NCBI GenBank assembly: GCA_965644265.1
Contig: OZ286461.1
Coordinates: forward strand, 121,706,001-121,770,000
Reading direction: 5' to 3'
DNA: 64,000 bases
DNA from: Glycera tridactyla
Taxonomy: Eukaryota
Below the pieces are notes generated by a model. It saw only the letters and a program-made list of their open reading frames with translations, was not told the DNA's origin and made no database searches. Below, piece after piece: positions 1-11,586 of the stretch. The translations under genes were made by a program, and so were the position numbers. Positions within the stretch are counted from its first letter, which is position 1. Each line of letters opens with the position of its first letter.

Positions 1-206
1 GGCCCAATTTCTTGCATATCAGGAGTGATGCTACCCTCCAAATTCAGAGATTTTCCTCTCATTTCACTACAAATATTAGCACTGCTACTCTTTAAAATCG
101 GGTGGCATCTCTGTGTATTGTCATTACCCTTGAAGATTGGTTTAAATTTCTGTCATCGGTGCGGCCTTTCAATTCTCCTTGTCATCTCTGAGTGAATATG
201 TATGAT

Positions 207-278
207 GTAGTTCGTGATGAAATTCATTACCGCCCCAGTCTGAGTGGACATGACTGATCGGTCCTTTCTGATGACTAC
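207..278 (+). ncRNA. SNORD31: C/D box snoRNA U31/SNORD31 (snR67-like), copy 1
   Basis: C box GTGATGA 214-220, guide TACCGCCCCAGT then D' CTGA 240-243, C' ATGACTGA, D CTGA 268-271, terminal stem GTAGTT/GACTAC. The guide is antisense to the conserved LSU rRNA GACUGGGGCGGUA (human Gm4166/yeast Gm2619 site, recalled from established knowledge). Confidence 0.9.
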
Positions 279-315
279 CTCTGAGTTGAAACCAGGTGTT
301 CAATCGTTGGAAATA

Positions 316-458
316 CAGTCAAACCTGCTCTAAAGACCACCTGAGCTGCGACCGTGGTAGTATTTTCAACAGTGAATGACGTCTCTATAAGGACCTCCTG
401 CCCATAAAGACCGCTGTTTGATGCAACCGAAGGCGGTCTTTATAGACAGGTTCGAGTG
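316..458. mobile_element. Tc1/pogo-type MITE (CAGTCRAACC family)
   Basis: TA-CAGTCAAACCTGCTC...CAGGTTCGAGTG ends and internal AAAGACC/GGTCTTT repeats shared with many copies in the window; it sits between U31 copies 1 and 2. Confidence 0.8.
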
Positions 459-733
459 TGCAGCCATCATCATTACTCTTATAACCAGATCATGTCACAA
501 TGGCGTCTCACTGTATCGAGGGATCCAGATCATGTCACAATGGCTAGTCTCACTGTATCAAGGGAAGCCAACCATTCTAATTTCGCAGGCAGTCTAATTT
601 CATGCACCGGAATTCCACCTCTTCCATCTGATCATTGTATTGTCATCGTTACCCTGAAAAATAGACATGAATTTCGCTCTCCGATGTTTGCTATCCTTCC
701 AATCTCCTCTTAAGTGGATATCATATGTATGGT

Positions 734-805
734 GTAGTTTGTAATGAAATTCATTACCGCCCCAGTCTGAGTAAATATGACTGATCGGTCCTTTCTGATG
801 ACTAC
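734..805 (+). ncRNA. SNORD31: C/D box snoRNA U31/SNORD31, copy 2
   Basis: Same guide TACCGCCCCAGT-CTGA (D' 767-770), C box variant GTAATGA 741-747, D CTGA 795-798, stem GTAGTT/GACTAC. Confidence 0.85.
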
Positions 806-919
806 CTTTGATGTGAAACCACTGATCGCTTTCCTGTACAAGGCCCTCGTGACTATTTTGAAAAGAATAGTCCGGCTGGTGAATATCATTAATTTGGTGT
901 GCTTTGTTTGTTACTTCAG

Positions 920-1042
920 GTGGACGAGGGGGTGGATTTGGTGGAGGTCGCGGTGGTGGCGGATTTGGTGGAGGTCGCGGTGGTGGCTTCGGACGTGGAG
1001 GTCGCGGCGGTGGCGGTTTTGGTGGACGTGGAGGTGGTCGTG
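920..1042 (+). CDS. NCL: Nucleolin-like gene 1, RGG/GAR exon (phase 1-1)
   Basis: ttacttcag|GTGGACGAGGG...CGTG|gtgagt; 123 nt encoding GGRGGGFGGGRGGGGFGGGRGGGFGRGGRGGGGFGGRGGGR. Confidence 0.88.
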
Positions 1043-1187
1043 GTGAGTACACTTATCTCAGATTCTGGTTGACTGGATATCACAGAAACTTTAGGTGCTG
1101 GTTGCTTCAGTTCTCAGAGATTTCACTGAAATTTTCAGATTAGTAGGCATGAAAAAAAGTCCAGTTCCCAGTCGTCTTTTTTTGTTG

Positions 1188-1320
1188 TGCATTGTGGTAT
1201 CTCCCTGCTGAGCTTGACATGCTCTTCAGTGGTCGTTTTAACCAATGCAAGATTGATCAGAGAACGCATCGTTGGTCTGTCACGTGTGTGATAAGTCCTG
1301 GTTTATCCTCTCTGACATTT
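1188..1320 (+). ncRNA. SNORA8: H/ACA snoRNA ACA8/SNORA8, copy 1 (H box degenerate)
   Basis: Two hairpins; pockets GGTATCT/TCGTTTT and GCATCGTT/TGGTT; ACA at 1315-1317 three nt from the end; H-box position reads AGATTG. Confidence 0.75.
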
Positions 1321-1792
1321 TTCAATGCAAGTTCAATCTGATCAGATTCACTCAGAAACCTCAGTCAGATCTACAATTCTGCCAATTGTTCCAGTGACTT
1401 CAATCTGTCTCGAATGTACTCTCATAAATCTATCTAGGCGAGTCTGATGTAATTGTAGCCACTGACTTATGTGAGGGTGTGTGACATCCATACAGGGGCA
1501 TTCCGACTGATGCCAAGCACATGAGCTGAACAAGTGGAGGACAGTCGTGCATCAATGTGCCAAATTCAGCAAAATGATATTATTTCATATTAGGTGGGCT
1601 TATATTCCAAGACATTTCCTCTCCCTAGATTTCCGGGCTAGATTCATTCAATTCGCAAAGTTCCTGGGCAGATAAGAGGGTTTTTTTTATTGTATGGTCA
1701 CTGATTTATTCAGTGACAGTAGTTTGCTTGTAAGTGAGTGAGCCTATCACAACTTTGATCAAATCAAAGTTATTGTCGTCAATATTGTGCAA

Positions 1793-1927
1793 TGCATTGT
1801 GGTATCTCCCTGCTGGGTTTGTCTGTGCCCTTCAGTGGTCGTTTTATCCAATGCCAGAATAAATTCAGGACTGCATCGTTGGACATCCACCTGTGTGACA
1901 TGTCCTGGTTTTACCCCTGAAACATCA
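1793..1927 (+). ncRNA. SNORA8: H/ACA snoRNA ACA8/SNORA8, copy 2
   Basis: Hairpin GCATTG..CAATGC, H box AGAATA 1856-1861, hairpin TTCAGG..CCTGAA, ACA 1922-1924. The pockets pair with 18S GAAGACGA-UC-AGAUACC and ACCA-UA-AACGAUGC (human psi1056/psi1081 region). Confidence 0.88.
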
Positions 1928-2362
1928 AATCGGAAGCACAATCTTACGGCGTGTAGTGAAATGTCCAAGTGTGATGATCACATCAGAATTTGATCATCCC
2001 CGCAATTCCATATGATCAATTTTACCTCTTCCCTAAAAGAACATGCTTTGTCATCGTGGTGATGAATATGGTGAATTTTAGTTTTAACTTTTTCTGAGGT
2101 GACAAAGATGTCCCACTTTAGTGACCTCATGAACCTAGGTGGAAGTATAGATTTGATTCTCCCTGTCAAGTCAAGCAAATTGAAGTAGTGCAGTAAAACG
2201 TTCAATGGGAAATCATTTGGTGGGCCCTTTTCCCTTTTCGATGATGTATAGTGTCGCAATGAGGAGAGTCACCTGTTTGTGAGACCACTGGAGTTTCTTG
2301 TGGCTGGCAACATTTCATCAGTGATCCATCAAATACCAGACCCGAATGTAGTCCTGTAGGGT

Positions 2363-2436
2363 GTGTGCAATGATGATCAAACAGATGACGAGTCTGAAAA
2401 TGCTGAAGACAAATCGAGGCATTTGTCTGAGCACAT
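2363..2436 (+). ncRNA. SNORD15: C/D box snoRNA U15/SNORD15-like, compact double guide
   Basis: Stem GTGTGC/GCACAT, C box ATGATGA 2370-2376, AGATGACGAG-T-CTGA (D' 2394-2397) and CGAGGCATTTG-T-CTGA (D 2427-2430), both antisense to LSU CAAAUGCCUCGUCAUCU. Confidence 0.88.
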
Positions 2437-2687
2437 CTTATCGCCATCATTTCATCTGTACTTTCTGTACTTTCCCTAGATTCACTCAATTTAAAGTCCC
2501 TTGGCAGATAATTGTTACTTGAGAGTATCGTATGATCTACTAGGAGGCAGTGGTTGGATCTCGTCAATATGATGATCACTCCATGTTCGCTACTATTTGG
2601 GCATTTACTTCCTCAGCTCGAGAAAATTAGACATTTCTTGATTAAGTTAACCATGATAGGCTCACATAAAGTTTCAATATTGTGCGA

Positions 2688-2822
2688 TGCATTGTGGTAT
2701 CTCCCTGTTGGGCTTGTCTGTGCCCTTCAGCGGTCGTTTTATCCAATGCTAGATTAAATTCAGGACTGCATCGTTGGGCATTCACCTGTGTGATTTGTCC
2801 TGGTTTTACCCCTGAAACATCA
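2688..2822 (+). ncRNA. SNORA8: H/ACA snoRNA ACA8/SNORA8, copy 3
   Basis: Same architecture as copy 2; H box AGATTA 2751-2756, ACA 2817-2819. Confidence 0.88.
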
Positions 2823-3160
2823 ATTGGTAGCAAAAGCTTACTGCATATATTAGAATGTCCAAGAGTGATAATCTGGTCGAGAATTGATAGCATGGCTAGA
2901 TTTGAAGAAAATTCAGTGATCAATCGTACAAGCTTATTCACTAAGAGAAAGTGCTTTGCTGGCGTTGCGGTCGATTTCCATCATCGTAATTGTTATGGCA
3001 AATTTGAGTTTTCCCTTCAAAATTTTCTATCACTGAAATTTTGTGATTTCATGAAACTATGTTGGAAGTCTGATTTGATTCTCCATATTTAGATATGCTA
3101 ATTGGGAATCAGTAATCAAACTCACCAAATTTCAAATTTTGTCCAATTGTATTCATACAT

Positions 3161-3233
3161 GGTAGTTGATGATGAGATTCATTACCGCCCCAGTCTGATT
3201 TCTATGACTGATTGGTCGCTTCTGAACACTGCC
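3161..3233 (+). ncRNA. SNORD31: C/D box snoRNA U31/SNORD31, copy 3
   Basis: C box ATGATGA 3169-3175, guide TACCGCCCCAGT, D' CTGA 3195-3198, D CTGA 3222-3225, stem GGTAGT/ACTGCC. Confidence 0.87.
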
Positions 3234-3399
3234 ATTATGATATGAATGGTGCACATGGTCAATATCTAGTTTAAACATGCTGCTTGACCGTTTTGGCGAA
3301 ATCTGCAGGATTGTCAATCATGCCTGGAATACTGCAGCTTATTGAGGTATGAAATAACTGAGCATGATGGATGACTTATGTTGAAATTGTTTGTTGTAG

Positions 3400-3494
3400 G
3401 TGGAGGACGTGGTGGTGGTTTCACACCCAATCAGAAGAGAGGAATTCAGGAGTTCAAGGGTTCCAAGAAAAGTTTCAATGACGATAGCGACTGA
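3400..3494 (+). CDS. NCL: Nucleolin-like gene 1, terminal coding exon
   Basis: ttgtttgttgtag|GT GGA GGA CGT...GAC TGA, in phase with the previous exon; GGGRGGGFTPNQKRGIQEFKGSKKSFNDDSD* resembles the nucleolin/Nsr1 C-terminal F-x-G-x-K-x-x-F-D motif. Confidence 0.85.
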
Positions 3495-4110
3495 GCGAAG
3501 CCTGACCTGCATGAATAATGACATTCGCTGATCAGAACTGTGTCATGGACTGTGCCCTGGTTGGCAAAAAAACAGTTACTGATCATGTGGAATGCCGTAG
3601 GCAGCATTTTGATTAACATCAGAAAACAATACCACTGAACCGTGAGGAATGTCTGGATAGCATGGCTGACATGTCAAGTGTAATCATGATTAAGAAGGCC
3701 TCTCATGTTGTCGTGCAGATTCATCAGGATCCGGAGCCATCGTCCACACCATTACCCTTTTTTTATCAAGCGCATAAGCTCAGGATCGCCTGCTCATCAG
3801 TGAGCCTGTGAAGTGTGCTGCCCTGCGCGCAAGGAATAAGGATTGCTAACTATCCTTGGTTTGCTTATCTCACGCAAAACACTGCATAAATTTATCATGC
3901 ATGTGGAAGCTAAAGTTTCACTTGTATTGGCACATCCATTCACAATGGGTGAGGTCGTCAATGATTGTTTTCAACAGGTCATAGTGAATATGAAAGTTAT
4001 TATTGTTGAAGAATTATGATCTCTGAAGGATATAGTTGGTTGTATCATCCATTCATCAATCTACATGATGTTGCAAGTAGAAATAACCAATCCAGGTCCT
4101 GTCATTGATC

Positions 4111-4302
4111 AATTTCATGGTCATTATTTGTTTGGACAGTGCTATGCTCCTGCTCATACTGGATCGGAAAACTGCTGTTAAGAAAGCATTCATTACAGAT
4201 GTGACTAATTTCATGGTCATTATTTGTTTGGACAGTGCTATGCTCCTGCTCATACTGGATCGAAAAACTGCTCTTAAGAAAGCATTCATAACAGATGTGA
4301 CA
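4111..4302. repeat. 96-bp direct tandem duplication (2 copies)
   Basis: AATTTCATGGTCATTATTTG... starts at 4111 and again at 4207, near-identical. Confidence 0.9.
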
Positions 4303-4594
4303 GTGACTTGCTTGCCCTCATGCCAGCTGTGTTGGTGCTGACCAGTAAGCCAGAGGCTGTAGATCTCGCAGGCAATGCAAGGATTATTCCCTTGCTTGTA
4401 GCTCCTATGGTCAATTTACTCTGGGATTCTTATGCGGCTATCGGTTTAAGCTGAGTTAGCAATATGAAATGGTTTCAGCGCTACCACAGCTCTCAGGTGT
4501 GGGGTGAACATAGTCAATGTTGCTGGCGACATCCCCAACATCCCAAAAGTTGAAGTTGCTGACTGCTCTGCAGGTCAGAGTTTCAGTGAATATA

Positions 4595-5172
4595 CTGTAG
4601 TCTCGCGCGTGTACGCGCAGTGAGCGAAATCGTGACATCCATGGGAAAACCGGGGTGCGCGTACGTCCGAAGATGCGCGTATCGTAGTTTCGTGCAAACG
4701 CGCACCTTGTCGAAACTCTGTTTTTGCTTTATTCTTCGCCCTACCACGTGGAACGAAGCACTTACCAACACCCGGCCGCCATTTTTCTTGATGATGTAAA
4801 TATTAACTTTATTTCTCCCATGATGCTTTGCGCCTGCGAACCATAGTCCCGACAGAACTGTCTGCGATCGAATATTTGTATGACACAAATAGAGAACGAG
4901 GTTGGGGTTGGAGGGAACAGGGTACGCATGATTAATATTTTTCAACATCTCCCATCATGCAATGCGCGGAGGAGACGGATACAAGATGGCGATTCGTTGA
5001 CAATGATAAGTAAAAAGATCGATTTCTCGTTCATTCTTTCGGGTTTCACACATTTCAACCGTGATTTTTCGAGGGTGTGCGTATGCGCGAGGACATGCGC
5101 GTATTCCGACATTTTGACGAAACGGGGGATGCGCGTTTGTCCGAACCTGCGCGTACACGCGCGAGACTACAG
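4595..5172. mobile_element. CpG-rich non-autonomous DNA transposon with TA TSD
   Basis: Perfect TIR CTGTAGTCTCGCGCGTGTACGCGCAG / CTGCGCGTACACGCGCGAGACTACAG flanked by TA on both sides; retained CpGs suggest a young copy. Confidence 0.88.
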
Positions 5173-5793
5173 TAGCATGTATGTCATATGAAGAGCTACA
5201 TGCTACCTACCCTATATTTGTTCATCCTAGTGAACTGAATTCGCTAACTGTTCATGTCTAACCTGCACAGATATGAACAGCTATTCATAATCTGTGACCT
5301 GTTTATTTTGGTTGCTTAGGTTTGCAAGGGATCAGTTTTTATACAAAGTATATTGCTATTTTCTCTTGTGTTGAAAGAACACAGTTAAGGGAATTACTTT
5401 CCCTTCTCTGCCATGTTGTCGTCGTCTCTTCTCTGCCTCATTATCGTCGTCATCATCATTGATATTTTCATTTGAATTGTTGGATTTGCTTTCATTCGAT
5501 TGCAACTCCATTTGTGAAGAATGTTGTTTGAATTGTTAAGATTGTTGGAAGTGAAATAGCTTACATGAACTCATATGTAAATTGATCGAATGGCAGCAAT
5601 TGAGTGAGTGTAATAAAGTGTGATACAAAGTAGTCAATATCTTTGTTTTTCTTCCTACACCAAGATGGTCAGATGTGTGTGGCGGTTGGAAAGCTGGGTG
5701 ATGGCTGCAGGGAAGGGCACATCTATCTCTCATGGACCATTAGTTGGCAGTTCAAGTTTCCAGTCCACAAAATGTTCGCATGGATGGATGTTA

Positions 5794-6133
5794 CAGGGTT
5801 CCCGCAGGTCCTTATAAAGTCTTATATGGGCAACAGACAAAATTAAGGTCTTACAAAGGTCTTATTTTGGGCATTTATAGTTGCAGAGATGCCAACTGCT
5901 ACGATTTTGGAGTGGCAGCTACTCTTTTTAGACAAAAATTCTTGCATTTTACTGGTAGTGCTCCTATGAAAAATCAGGATTTTTCTTATTATTCCATTGC
6001 AAATACTGGCACTGCTACTCTTTGAAATTGGCACTGCTACTATTTTTGGCCATCAGAGGTTGGCATCTATGTAGTTGCGAGGTCTTACAAAGGTCTTATT
6101 TTCCAAGCTCAGCAGTCATTTGAGGGTGTCCAA

Positions 6134-6171
<38 letters not shown>

Positions 6172-6449
6172 AGTACCGATTGCTGTTGAAATACCAGTTG
6201 CCCAAGTGGAAATCTTATGTCTATTAGAGGGTACTACATCAGAAAACTTCAAAATGACCAAGTGCTTGTTCAGTGACAAGTGGCTAGAGAATGACAGCTA
6301 TAACAAGTGAATTACACCAGACATGAATTGCAGACTTTTATTATTCTCTTCTGAGCGAGTCTGTAGGTCTTATTTTGAGCGAAGGGTGGGTCTTACAAAT
6401 GTCTTATAAAGGTCTTATATTGGATTGGATCGAAGGTGCAGGAACCCTG
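5794..6449. mobile_element. hAT-like MITE with CAGGG ends and 5-bp TSD, containing a nested MITE
   Basis: CAGGGTTCC...GGAACCCTG, TSD TGTTA on both sides; subterminal AGGTCTTA repeats; inner element 5884-6071 (CAGAGATGCCAAC...GTTGGCATCTATG) flanked by TAGTTG. Confidence 0.75.
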
Positions 6450-8761
6450 TGTTAGCCAGCCTATCACATGCCTGTTGGCACCAGAAGACCCATGTGAACA
6501 ATTGATCCAGTCATCACCTGATTTCAGTGGTGTCCATCCCAAGGTAGCACTGATGAATGACTAGGGATATCACCAGTGTACTTTCTCTTCTAGTCTTATT
6601 GAATATCCCAGACCAGTACCTCCTGCATAGACTAGAAATGTTCAGATGATCATCACCATTGGAACTGCTCTCGGAATATCAGCACTAAGTTATGTGTAGA
6701 ATATATAATTTTGCTATTTATGCACAATGTTCTGGAGACCACAAAAATCCTGATACCACTCCTCTGCTGACCAGTGGCGCACGCTCCAGGTGATGCAAGA
6801 TTGCACAAAGACCACCGAGAAGTGTAGATTACTTCAAAGATCTGGAGATATCCCCTCATAGTTGGTGGCCCAAGTGAATTACCTGAATCCTGTGGATTGA
6901 CTCCTACCCCCCCCCCCCCACGCCTGTACAAGAGTATTTTTTCCCCAATGGGTGAGACAGATATAATACTGTCAGTCTGCCATATTGTGAGCCCAATCGC
7001 AGCAAAGCTTCTTAATCAAATTTATGAAATTTGGTAGGCATTCCCCTTGAGAGGGTCCAATTAATTGAGAAGCTTTTGGTCCATATGACATGATTTTCAA
7101 GGTCATTAGGTATTGCGGCTTTTCATTTGTTATGTTAGATTCTTTGGATATTGACAGTGCTCCTTTGTCCCTCCAATGACTCCAGCAATTATTTTTCACT
7201 CTTGAACACAAGCATACACCCCATCGAGGGTTCGCACAGGCCCTGAAGACGCCTCAAATTTCACCTTTCACCTCTGGCCCTAGACACGCCCTGAATTTGG
7301 TTAGAAGATCCCTACAATGATCTCCATCGGGAGAAACGAGCCACTATAAGTGATTCTCAAGGTTCCATCACCAAATGGTTCCCTCTGATAATTTCCTGCA
7401 GGGGCATAGCCCCCGTGTATGATGTATCATAGTCAGCATAGGGCATTGCTTCACTGGGTGCTTGCTGTAATCAGGCTTGAGTGTCAGCTTCCGGCCAGTA
7501 ACGGATCAACAGGGGGTGGGGCGCATTTCACTTTGTTTGGCGTGGGCCCCTTTTCAAAGGAATTAGAGGGCCAGAATGCCCGCTGCAGAGATGCCAACTG
7601 CTACGATTTTGGAGTAGCAACTATTTTTAAGCCAAAATTCTCTTTTTATATTTGCTGCTACTCTGAAAAATCAGGATTTTTCTTATTCCATTGCAAATAC
7701 TGGCACTGCTACTCTGTGATTGGCAGTGCTACAATTTTTGTTCATCAGAGGTTGGCATCTATGCCCCTACATCAGCAAGAGGGTCGCACTTGTACATGTT
7801 GCATGCACCCATTTTAAGAGATTTCTTGGGAGAAATGCCCCCATTTCTAAAATTAATGGGGCAAATCGCCCCGATTCAGGAAATCTTTGATCGATATACC
7901 ACTGGATACACCAGGAATGTGGTAATTCCGCACCCTGTGTTCAGTGTCTGTGAGAGTGATGCCTGCAGGGAACAACATCCAGCTTCATAGACCATAATAA
8001 CAAGGCATATACGTGATCATCTGCAGTGTATAACCCTAACCCCCCCCCCCCCCCCTCCCCACCACCGAGACCAGTGAATCAAGAGGGAGGACCAGTGAAT
8101 TCAGGCCAGTTCACTGGTCCTGCTGACTAGTCAATTATAAGTGCCCCATCCAGTGAATTGGATGCCTTCACAAAATCTGGAGGTGTCCCAGTTTGAAATT
8201 GCACCTTGAGTGTCTGTGAATTTCATATCATTTCACCTTCCATTGGGGACCCAGAATGAGGAGTCTTGGAAGATCCCACCCATGCTCATTGCATGGGCAT
8301 CACAATATAGCCCAGATGGTGCTGACGTGACGTTAAACCAGAATCAACCAACCAACCTGGAGGTGTCCAAGGAGTCTCCCAAACCACCTCTATCAAGACA
8401 ATGACAGTCACATTCCGAATCATATAAAAGAGTTGAGATGACCCTGTGTAGTGATGGGGATGTGGTCAGCAGAGACACATGCTGCCGAAGTAGCATTCAT
8501 TATCAGCAGTCGCAATTTTCAGCCAATTTAAAGATCTGAATGAAATATGGGGGAACAAGAACCTCATCAATTTAACTGATCCTCTGGACAGGTGAATGAG
8601 AATCGTTGAGTTCATACACTGATCTGGGTTGCTACATGCAATTGGTCAGTCAATTGTCATAAAAGCAGGTGATGCTGGTGAAGTCTATACCGTCGAACCT
8701 CTCTATAAAGACCGCCTTCAATCACATAAAAAGTGGTCTTTATAGGGAGGTGGTCTTTATA

Positions 8762-9764
8762 CAGGGTTCATACGCGTCCTGGAATCCTGGAAAAGTTATG
8801 GAAAATTGCCAAAGAGAATTCCAGGACTGGAAAAGTTATGGAAAATGAATTTTGCCAGGAATGTCCTGGAAATGTCCTGGAATTTTGAGAATTTGCTGAA
8901 ATATTGTATCTTTCATGATAAAAAGAATGACAAAAACATGGCATCGCCAATGTGTGGCGATCACGAATTTGAAATTCAATACTCAGTGATGAAAGTCTTC
9001 CGGAGATTCCCGGAATTCCGGAGATGACTTAATATCACTGTTGTTCTCCGGAAGTCAGTAGTCACACTTGGTAGTTCATCCACCCTAGCTCTGTTTATGT
9101 AATGGTCAGTCCGTTTATGTTAGTGGCAGGAAAGGAGAGCTAATATTGCCTCCAAAATTTACTGGTAAATCCTATATTCATTCCCCTATTTAATACCACC
9201 CACAACAGGCCAAATGAAAATGTAGTGCAGGGCAGTTCAATTGAAAAGTTGATGTAGACCCTGAAACGTATATTTCTGTTTTCACTGCTGTCATATTTCT
9301 AAATTATGTCTCCCCCCTGATGGGGGAGACATATAGAATTCGTATTGTCCGTCTGTCCGTCTGTCCGTCTGTCCGTCTGTCTGTCCGTCTGTCTGTCACG
9401 AAACCTTGTGAGCACGATTGCAGCAAAACTACTCATCCGAATTGGATGAAATTTGGAGGGTATATCCCTTGGGATAGTCCAATGAACTGATTAGATTTTG
9501 GTCCATGTGACATAATTTTCAAGATCACCAGAGGCCCAAATTTCACCAAGATTTCACCAAAGAGGTACCAACCTTAATTAAACTCAGTCTCTATTGTGAC
9601 CTTCCCGAAATTAACTACTTCTGTTGCCTCTCCATTAATGGTTATGTAAGATTCTTCCGGTCATACAATGCTCCTTGGTCATGCTTCAATGACTCCTGGT
9701 TGATTTCAATTCCCCTCTCTCCTCAAACAAAAGCCCAAACTTAATTAACTTCCCTGTTCGTGTG

Positions 9765-9823
<59 letters not shown>

Positions 9824-11586
9824 ACACATGTGTGTGCGCCTTGTTGCTACCTGTGAATATCCAATGGCTATTATACTTGGCATATTGGTATATAATTGCT
9901 GTTAGCAATTTGACAGTCATACCCCCCCCCCCCCGGTGTTGGTTCACAGGGTGGGGGGGGGGGGGGGGGGGGGGGTGAGGACGGGGGTGTATGTGTGTGT
10001 GTGCATGTACATGCTTCATGTTGCCAAGTGTGAATACCCCATGGCTACCATACATGTGTGTGTGCCTTGTTGCTACCTGTGAATATCCAATGGCTATTAT
10101 ACTCGGCATATTGGTATATAATTGCTGTTAGCAATTTGACAGTCATAACCCCCGGTGTTGGTTCACTGGGGGGGGGGGGGGGGGTGTATGTGTGTGTGCA
10201 TGTACATGCTCCATGTTGCCAAGTTTGAATACCCCATGGCTACCATACTTGTGATATTGGTATCCAATTGCTGTTAGCAATTTGAGAGTTATGAATACCC
10301 CCCTGTTGGTTGGGTGGGTGAAAGAGATGATGGTTTCCGGATAACTTCATGAATTTCAGGGCTAGCTGTCTCAAACTTTGTGTGCCTCCTTTCCTAGACT
10401 ATGGATTTACATCTTGAATTTCAAGGTCACTGAGTCCAAAATGGTTTCTTCATGAGTTTCGGGGGTAGCCTTCTCAAACTCTCATAGATTATGGCAACAC
10501 ACCCATCGATTTCTCAGTGGCCAGCTTCAATTTCAAGGTCACTTAATGGAAAAAAAAGGTCAAAAGAGTCTCTGGACAATCACTTCATAAATTACAGGGG
10601 CGGCTTTGACAAACTTGGTGTACAGACATTCCCAGGCTATGGGAAGATTTTGGGGTTGCCATCTCAGTGTGCATCTACAGGCTAGTGGTGATACACTGGT
10701 ATGGTGCCAACAGGTCAAAGGTCAAGGTCACAGGAGCTATTTTCAGAATTTGAGAATATGGACAAATCTCACTTGGTGAATTAATCTAGTTTCCTGGGTC
10801 ACTGATCAAGACCTGATCAAAAGCTTCCCTTGTCCCTTGTCCCAAGATTCCACTCAAACCCCTGACCCAAATTCAACTGAACTTCTCTGATGCCTAGGCA
10901 TATTCTTGAGGACAAATCCTACACAAAGAGAGCCCCCCCCCCCCCCCCCCCCCGTACCCCAGTACACCTCATACCCCAGGACACATTTTCATACTCATGA
11001 CTAGGTATACTACATCATTGGTCACTCAAAGGATAGTTGTCAACCAATAATGTCTAGCTTTTCAGTGAGCATGCTCACTTGAAGATGAATAAGCAAGCAG
11101 GTGGACCCAGGCATGTATGCGGGTAGTGAATAATTACAAAGTCTGGGGGAGACATATTGAGTGAGGAGGTGCCTCACTAAAATTCTAGTTTCTGTTTGTA
11201 TTAATAGTTTAATAGTGCAGGGAATAGATAATGATAGTATATACCATAATATTCTTTTTGTCACAAGCGATCCCTGTGAAAGTTCGTGAATCCTCCAAAA
11301 TGGGTTTACGCGCTTTTCAGGAAATTTGGTCATGGGTCACTTTCATCACTGAATACTGAATAAAAACCCAATCAGACCATCTGAAAGATCTCACTCTACT
11401 AGTCATTCTGGTGTGTATGTTGTGAAAATGGAACAATATTAGCGAAGATATGACACAAAATGAGTCAATGACTGCTCATTTTAGATTTTCATACTCATTT
11501 GCATGTCCTGGAATAATTGCTTGGTGACCTGGAAATGTCCTGGAAAAGTTATGGAATAAAATTCTGCCAAGCGTGTATGGACCCTG
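8762..11586. mobile_element. hAT-like non-autonomous element (5-bp TSD) inserted into a Tc1/pogo MITE
   Basis: CAGGGTTCATACGC...GCGTGTATGGACCCTG, TSD TTATA; the host MITE halves are at 8690-8761 and 11587-11679. Confidence 0.78.
9305..10800 (-). mobile_element. Helentron/HINE-like elements (reverse orientation) with microsatellites
   Basis: Terminal hairpin TGTCTCCCCC-ctgat-GGGGGAGACA followed by (TCCG/TCTG)n, (GT)n and poly-G tracts, and a reverse copy of the GTGACCTTGACCTTTGACC core at about 10710-10745. Confidence 0.55.

Noticed and set aside
600-1052. 150-aa Pro-rich ORF on the - strand
   Set aside because: It is the antisense shadow of the RGG exon (GGN codons read as Pro).
2200-2315. 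Possible extra H/ACA RNA ending GGCAACATT
   Set aside because: Only one plausible hairpin, no clear H box and no recognisable target.
4583-5191. ORFs of 103-121 aa in the CpG-rich element
   Set aside because: Confined to a 578-bp TIR element with no transposase motifs.
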